Assembly (NCBI RefSeq): GCF_947568905.1
Contig: NC_079167.1
Coordinates: 21,266,001 to 21,330,000 of the forward strand
Direction of reading: 5' to 3'
DNA length: 64,000 nt
From: Ostrea edulis
Lineage: Eukaryota
Shown: piece after piece, positions 58,216-64,000 of the stretch
Position numbering within the stretch: the first letter of the stretch is position 1
Layout: every line of letters begins with the position of its first letter
The notes under the pieces: model-generated
What the model saw: the letters and a program-made list of their open reading frames with translations, nothing else
The model's database searches: none
Told to the model about the DNA's origin: nothing
Made by a program: the position numbers and the translations under genes

Positions 58216-58449
58216 TTTGAAAGGAAAAAGTGCAGTTAAGTCATACGGATATAACTCGCATGTCCAGTTAACAGATAAAATTTTCCACAATTTCTTTAGA
58301 TATCACTTTAGCAATATAAGTATGTCATTAATTAATGGTTCTTAATAGCATGATGACATAGATGGATACAATAACATCTCGAAATAATCCTGGACAAATG
58401 AACTTTATTATCGATTTAGCGATCGTCATCCGGGGATTTTAGAAGGCCA
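58216..58449. promoter_or_regulatory. Putative bidirectional promoter between the TEDC2-like and SAFB-like genes
   Basis: Divergent start codons at 58215 (-) and 58450 (+) leave 234 bp for both leaders and promoter; DRE-like TATCGATT at ~58409. TSSs are not observable, and non-coding leader exons are possible. Confidence 0.65.
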
Positions 58450-61400
58450 ATGATGGCGACTGAAAATACGCCTCGAAAACTTGCAGATTTGCGTGTTGTT
58501 GATTTACGCCAGGAATTAGAGAAAAGAGGTTTAGATAAAACTGGAGTGAAAGCTGTATTAACAGAGAGATTGCAAAAGGTATGTTACAAATAAATGGGTG
58601 CTTTTGCATATTTTTTTTTTTACTACCTCGTGTGCCCGCCATGTTGTAAGGAAACCCCTTTCTCGTGATTGCACATGAATTCACTAAATAGGCCTAATTG
58701 TTTTCTAAAACACATTATCTGTGCTTTCTTACTGTATATTCATAGCGAACAGATATGTCACTCAGTCAGTTCTGATAAGTCCATGCCACGGGTCCGAGGC
58801 CTAGGGTCATCACATTTTATAAACAACAGGCAACTGAAGTATGGACACTACTACCCCCCCCCCCCCCCCGCATTTTTATTTTTGCGGTGACAATATCTCC
58901 GATAGATGTGGATTCTCTGTGTATCTAATCCTAATTTTGATTTATGTAATACGCCGGTTTCGAGATACGTTCGAGTTATTTCCCTGTAAAGAACTCTCGT
59001 ACAAAGTAAGGCGCAAAACAACTTGTTTGGAGTCAAGTGAAATCGTACCCTGACCGACTCGTACCCTGGTCAACTCGTACCAAATAGGTCCACTTGTACC
59101 CAACAGGCAAAAAGTCAACACATATCCAAGAATCTTGTTACGAGTTGACTCCTCTTCAATTGATGACAACTCGTACTTAAGCTATATGCGCATATATATT
59201 GCATTATGGGCAGATTCTTGGGTATGAGTTGACTTGTCTTTTTGGTACAAGTTGGTCAGGGTACGAGTTGACTAGAAATCACTTGTTTACATGCGGGAGT
59301 GGGACGAGTATTCGTCACTGCAGAAGTAAATGTACTTAGTAGTTTTCTCATACGCTGTTTCATCACCTGAATTCAACTGATACACAAACTAAGCAAGTAA
59401 TAAGTATTCAGGGAGTAATTAAATACACGGAATTCTTTTAATATATCACGTAATTTCGTTGGTCGTACGTATCGTATCCAGGATTCAAATATGACATTGT
59501 TCTAGTAAAAGTTAAACATTTCTTTCAATATTATTTTGCATTTCCTACAATTACGTATTTAAAGAGAAGCTGCTTTTGATACATTTTATTATCAGGGTTT
59601 CAGTGAAAATGTCGTCGGACCGACGGACATGTCTGGTAATTTGACTCTCGGTCCGGTAAACTTCGTTATACTTCCGGTCCGAATGTCCGGTGACTTTCCA
59701 GCAACGGTTTCGGAAACTACGCAGCATTTCCCCCCCTTATATAACTGGTACCGATAAACGGTACCATTCCCAATGCCAAAAACTGTTGATTTTTCCCAAT
59801 TTTGAGACTAAAAATTCCCAATTCACTCGCCGAAAAATGGATCGCTGAAATCGTAATTTTCTTAGTCTGAAACGTTGTACGAGTTAACTAAAATGTTCAC
59901 TTCCGGTATCAAATCGAAAGTACAGATCATGGCAGTGTGTTTTGTAGAGCTACGATGATTCCTTATGTTTCACAACAACAAATGTTACCGTAAAATAGTT
60001 TGTAAAGAGATGAATACTTCTTGTTTTGTTGTATTTTTTCTTTTTTTTTAGTTGAAATCACTTGCCTATATATTGGTAGAAAATTCCCAATTTGTTCGAT
60101 TTTGATGCTATTTTTCCCAATTGAATGGGTACAGGTACCAGTGGGTAGGAAAAAAAATCGCTGCTACGTTTTGACTTCTAGTTCCGTTTATAAAAAAAAA
60201 ACCATACAAAAATGGCAACATGTTCCAATTAAAATGGAACAGTAATGCAGTCCACTGTAAACCGTTAAAACGAAAATCCAATGACCAGGAGGCTCAAAGT
60301 CTTTCGTGTTTTAATATAAAAATAATACTACTTTTTTCGGTCTGGTAAAATGTGATTCGGTCCGGTAATGTTCCTGTGTTTACCAGACCGAATGTCCTGT
60401 AAAACATTTCAACATTTCGCGATCACTAGGGTTTTATCCAGCATTTAGTTGTTACTACCCATTTTATATTTAAGGGGAATTTTTAGAATGTAGTCATGAG
60501 ATTCCAGGGGATGGGGGACATCCATGGAATATAATATCCACAGATTATAACAGTGTGATTGATTACTCATTTTATCTATATTGTAAGTCTGACAATTATA
60601 GAAAAGGACTTAGAATATAAAACAAATGAAGGGATTTTTTAATCTGTGGAAGGGGAAATATCCATTTGTTGCCAAGGGGGAATGGTGCCTTTTACCAGTA
60701 GTAAAAACAACCTAGATAAATTCCTGATTATTATCCTTCAGAATAATACAGTCAATTTCATTGGTCAAGGGCTGGTCACGTGGAGGGAGACAATTCGTGA
60801 TGTTATTATTTAGCACTCCTCTCTCACTTGAGGCCGCATTACGCAAGCTTACACCTCAAACATCGCCCGGTAAATAGTACCTTATCATTTGACAATTAAA
60901 TCACATTATATATAATAAACAACAGAAATGATGGATTTGATGATCATTTTTTTGCAAAACCCCATGTATGATATTATGTGCTTATTTGGTCTGTTTGAAT
61001 TAGTGATAAATGATTATTACTGAATATTTGCTCAATACCACAGTATATACCTTATAGTTATTATACTGCAGATTGAATATTTGTATTATGTTAACATAAA
61101 TACCATTACTTTTTTATACCGCTGTCGTCCGTCTGTCCCTTTAACTTTGTCTTCGCAACTCCTCCTAAACCCTTTGGGAGATTTTTGATGAAACTTGGTA
61201 CTAAGAAAGATCACAATGTGGAGCTGTGCATATTGCAAGGGGAATGCTGTCCATTTAGGTTTTTAATGGAGTTGTGGCCCTTGGACTTAATTTTCTCTAT
61301 TCAAAATACTTTGTCTTCGCTACTTCTCCTAAACCCTCTGGGGGATTTTAATGAATTTTGGTACAAAGAAAGATCACAATATGGAGGTTTGCATACTGCA

Positions 61401-63315
61401 AGGGGAACGTAGTCCAATGTTTTTGAAAGGAGATGCGGCTCTTGGACTTTTTTTCTATTCAAAATGCTTTGTATTTGCAACTCCTTCTAAACGCTTTGGG
61501 GGATTTTGATGAAATATGGTACAAAGAAAGATGTGCATATTACAAGGGGAATGCTGCACCACTATTATTGAAGGAGTTAAGGCCTTTTGAGTTAGATTTA
61601 TTTTATGCAAGTACCTTGTCTTCGCAACTCCTCTTAAACACTTTGGGGGATTTCAATAAAACTTAGTACAAAGGAAGATCACAATGTGTAGATGTGCATA
61701 TTACAAGGGGAATGCTGTCCCACTATTTTTTAAAGGAGTTACAGCCCTTGGACTTAGATTCCCTTGGACTTCGATTTATTTAATGCAAAATACATTGTTA
61801 TTGCAACTCCGACAAAATCCTTTTGTGGATAATCCTTTCGTGGATTTTAATTTAACAGTACTGTCAAACAAATGTTAAACAACGATAATAAAACCTGTGG
61901 CCTCTGTTTACTTGTCAATTATCTTTTGCTGTGGTGTCCGAAATTTTAGTCCTTTTGAAGATTGAATTAGGAGACAATTGTTTACCCAGTCTTGAAGGTA
62001 ATCTCAATTACCTCCACTTGTGAATATAACTTACATGGCACTGTTCAAGATATGATTCCTGTGTAAATTAGGGGGAAAAAATTTAAAAAATGAAATAAAG
62101 AGGTATTTTATTTCATGTATTTTATTGTTACTTGTAATTTTTTATGCTTACTGATTCAAATATTTTGGGGCATATAGTTTTTGATCTGTCTGTTTATCTG
62201 TGGAAAAAAATTAAACCTTAGCCATGTGTATGAAGAAGTTATAGCCCATGGGCTTAGATTTGTCTTTGCAAATATCTTGATTTTGCAACTCAAAGAACAT
62301 TTTATATTGATTCAAATTATTATCCTTGGATATTACCATACAATTAAAGTGTGACTTAAACAAAAATGGCTGATAAAGTTGAACAATCCAGAATGGTTAA
62401 GAACAACAAAAGGCTCAACTTTCCTGAAAAAAACCAAATCCAGAGTATGAGATTATATAGGTTTTTACAAGATAAAAGATGGGTCAGCATCCAAACAAAA
62501 CGTTATATATTAACATACATAGTTGAAAAGTTTTGTAAGAGTCTTGTTCAAAGGCGTTGACAGAGGTGTAAATGAAGCTTGCATTACACGCCCTCTGGTG
62601 AGAGAATGCACATTTAGATGCATAAAATTGAAGAAAAGGTAAAAATCAAACATCAAATTTGCATATTTGGTTCGTTGCCTTGTAAATGCATTTACTATGG
62701 ATTTATACACCGGAGTTAGCAATCAATACATATGATGGAGAACAAATTATGTGACAGGACATGATTTGGGAAATTCATTTTGATCTGACAGCTAATCAAT
62801 AACCCAGTATCCCTTACAAACAACATGTGTTTCTACTAGAATTCAGAGTTTTATGTTGTCTCAAATACTGTATGCAGCAATTCTTTCCCAATTGATGTTA
62901 TTGAGAAGCCATGATGAATTGTCACACGCACACAGTATGTTGTGATTTTTGTGTGAATTTATTTTGCTCTTGTTTTTGATGAAATTTTAGACTCTTCTAT
63001 ATTATTGGACTATGACTCATCTGCTTCCTTGACCTCCTTGAATTTTAAGAATTACTTGGCTTTTACTTGTTTTTGAGTCTGTCTTTGTGATTTTTAGGCA
63101 TTGGAAGAGGAGGGGCAGAACCCTGAAGAATTTGATTTTGAATCTACAGCCACACCTAAAAAAGGAGGAACTGCTAAAGTCATTGATAGTAAGTTTTGAC
63201 ATCTATGAACAAAAATTATGTTTGTTGATTACTAACTATACAAGTGTATAAAAACTAATAATTTTGATGCTAAATTTTTGCAGAATCGGAGGATAAAGAT
63301 GAAATTCAGGAAAAG
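58450..63315 (+). CDS. SAFB: SAFB/SLTM-family SAP-domain protein, 3' partial: join(58450..58578,63098..63188,63284..63315); start may be 58453
   Basis: MMATENTPRKLADLRVVDLRQELEKRGLDKTGVKAVLTERLQK|ALEEEGQNPEEFDFESTATPKKGGTAKVID|KSEDKDEIQEK. SAP domain with the xxLxDLRVxDLR motif followed by AxEEEGxxP, as in SAFB/SLTM. GT-AG introns; phases 0,1,0. Confidence 0.85.
59032..59275. mobile_element. MITE built from (A)ACTCGTACCC / GGGTACGAGTT inverted units, SAFB-like intron 1
   Basis: Left TCGTACCCTGACCGACTCGTACCC versus right GGTACAAGTTGGTCAGGGTACGAGTTGACT. Confidence 0.7.
59601..60427. mobile_element. Nested pair of non-autonomous TIR elements (outer ~59601-60427, inner 59722-60163)
   Basis: Outer: CAGTGA..TCACT ends flanked by AGGGTTT on both sides, with TCGGTC(C/T)GGTAA subterminal repeats. 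Inner: CAGC..GCTG ends, CTGGTACC/GGTACCAG IR, TTCCCAATT repeats, CTACG duplicated on both sides. Confidence 0.6.
61110..61830 (+). mobile_element. HINE-type element with about four ~155-165 bp internal repeats
   Basis: 5' TTTTTATACCG, (GTCC/GTCT) tract, repeated TTGTCTTCGC(A/T)ACT(C/T)CTC..GATCACAAT..CAAGGGGAA blocks. Confidence 0.65.
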
Positions 63316-63769
63316 GTACAGTATTTTCAGTCTCTTTATATGTGTAACTGATGTTGATTGGTTGCCGTGATGGTCTATTGTTTGTTGATATGTTTGTATG
63401 TTCTTTTACCTCCTATTTGAACATTGTTCACTCCTGTAGAGACATCACAAGCTGTAGGTGAAGTGCCACAAATTTTGACCCATTGTCACAACTTGATATT
63501 ATGTATAAAGGGAGGGTTCCTTATCATGCCAATGCCTACCATGCCAAAGGATCTGTGTTTTGAAAGTCATACCCCAAAAAACCTGAGGTTTTTACTTCTG
63601 ATGCTGGGCTGTTGATGAATTAACAGTCACTACCTATGTTAGATAGGTGTGATACAGTGTCAGGATCTGAGAAGATGTTGGTTACACATATTTGTTTTGT
63701 TTTTTCACATTACAACACACAGTTTTGTGATAAACATTATGACACAGGTCTTTGGTATGTCAGTGTAGT

Positions 63770-64000
63770 TTTACAGAACATTGTTTTGTGGTTTACACTG
63801 TGCTATAGAGAATTGTCTTGTGGTTTACGCCGTGCTATAGAGCATTGTTTTGTGATTTACACTATTCTGCAGAGCATTGTTTTGTGGTTCACTCCGTGCT
63901 ATAGAGCATTGTTTTGTGATTTTACACTATGCTGCAGAGAATTGTTTTGTGGTTTACTCCATGCTATAGAGCATTGTTTTGTGGTTTACACTATGCTGCA
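63770..64000. repeat. 32-bp minisatellite (TTGTTTTGTGGTTTACACTRTGCTATAGAGCA), about 7 copies, runs off the window; SAFB-like intron 3
   Basis: Direct inspection. Confidence 0.9.

Overview
Eukaryotic, AT-rich, intron-rich animal DNA. It is most consistent with a bivalve mollusc, probably an oyster, judged from the Helentron/HINE-type elements, V-type SINE and Penelope-like family recognised by eye; the species cannot be fixed from sequence. Six spliced protein-coding genes were assembled manually from splice sites and reading phase: ATG12 (+, 5' partial, 1294-3442), CFAP52/WDR16 (-, 11 exons, 660 aa), FOXK (+, 8 exons, 635 aa), TEKT4 (+, 6 exons, 452 aa), a TEDC2-like gene (-, 11 exons, 623 aa, one GC-AG intron) and a SAFB/SLTM-family gene (+, 3' partial) lying head-to-head with the TEDC2-like gene. 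Introns and intergenic DNA are filled with non-autonomous DNA transposons (hAT-like, Kolobok-like, a candidate IS3EU element, HINEs), SINEs, LINE and Penelope fragments and many minisatellites. The most unusual signal is that several tandem arrays in the TEDC2-like gene are amplified copies of its own splice junctions. One 109-nt exon is bracketed by about 9 copies of its acceptor and about 75 copies of its donor, and two of those donors would give in-frame 16-aa extensions. No prokaryotic features, CRISPR arrays, rRNA or intact tRNA genes were seen. Gene identities rest on remembered family motifs and conserved intron phases, not on database searches.
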